From a virus (lineage: Duplodnaviria > Caudoviricetes): a stretch of DNA of 61,798 nt. Of this stretch, positions 61,451 to 61,798 are shown piece by piece (within the stretch, counting starts at the first letter, position 1; every line of letters starts with the position of its first letter). The stretch lies in IMG/VR virus record IMGVR_UViG_3300049982_000075, positions 1 to 61,798 of that record. The stretch is one strand, 5' to 3'. The notes under the pieces are model-generated. The model saw nothing but the letters and a program-made list of their open reading frames with translations, was not told the origin of the DNA and did not search any database. The position numbers and the translations under genes were made by a program.

Positions 61451-61629
61451 AGTGGCTGAGCGTTCCGGTGTCCGATCTGCCGGTAGGGTGGTCGACCCTG
61501 GCCACCTACCGGCCGGACGAGCTGGAGTGTGAAAAGGGCCACAAGATGGGGTCCGAGGCGGACTGCATTCTTCCCGACGACTGGGATTACCACCTGTGTA
61601 AACGATGCGTGGAGGATCTCCAGCAATGA
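61447..61629 (+). CDS. Small Cys-containing hypothetical protein
   Basis: CEKGH...CKRC; coupled. Confidence 0.55.
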   Translation: MKWLSVPVSDLPVGWSTLATYRPDELECEKGHKMGSEADCILPDDWDYHLCKRCVEDLQQ

Positions 61630-61796
61630 AATTCGGCGGAAAGGCGGCCCGCAAGCGCGAAGCTGAGCGGGCCGCCGCACTGGCCAAGGAGATCCTGGAA
61701 AAAGGTCTCCCGAAGTCTAGACCTGAGGGCAATGGTGTGTGTAAAGTCTGCACAATCAAGAACGGGCACGCGGGTTGGTGCCCTCGAGTTTCCTAG
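61626..61796 (+). CDS. Small Zn-finger-like protein, directly upstream of PNK on the circle
   Basis: CKVC...H...C; GGAGG RBS. Confidence 0.6.
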   Translation: MKFGGKAARKREAERAAALAKEILEKGLPKSRPEGNGVCKVCTIKNGHAGWCPRVS

Positions 61797-61798
61797 GA
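61672..61798. repeat. 127-bp terminal direct repeat, copy 2
   Basis: identical to 1-127. Confidence 0.95.

Overview
The window is a complete, circularly assembled genome of a high-GC actinobacterial siphovirus. It holds about 61.67 kb of unique sequence; bases 1-127 recur at 61672-61798 as an assembly overlap. The minus strand from about 41.4 kb to 12.0 kb carries a DinG-like helicase, L5/cluster-A-like terminase, portal, protease, scaffold and capsid, neck and tail genes (GGGAAAA frameshift chaperone, 1633-aa tape measure), a PIG-L deacetylase and a lysis cassette without LysB. The plus strand carries an AlpA-like HTH gene and a primase-polymerase/SF3 helicase, followed by a mirror-symmetric iteron origin and a probable cos site at about 44641-44650. 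Next come a strong early promoter feeding a ~430-nt structured non-coding region, many small early genes (cytosine MTase, membrane-anchored metzincin, WhiB, metallophosphoesterase), and a 1.5-kb RNA island followed by Rnl1 RNA ligase and, across the junction, PNK. No integrase, clear repressor or family A/B/C DNA polymerase was recognised. The most striking signal is the RNA island. Besides near-canonical tRNA-fMet, -Glu and -Lys, it encodes an 80-nt tmRNA reduced to its tRNA-like domain (no tag ORF), a tRNA-Asn with a long variable arm, a compact Pyl-like tRNA-Trp, two tRNA mimics with abnormal anticodon loops and several orphan hairpins. Together with the RNA-repair enzymes, this is a candidate RNA-based system for taking over or decoying host translation quality control. 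A palindromic GTTTAAAC-type motif is also scattered genome-wide. All calls come from motif recognition by eye; no database search or folding program was run.
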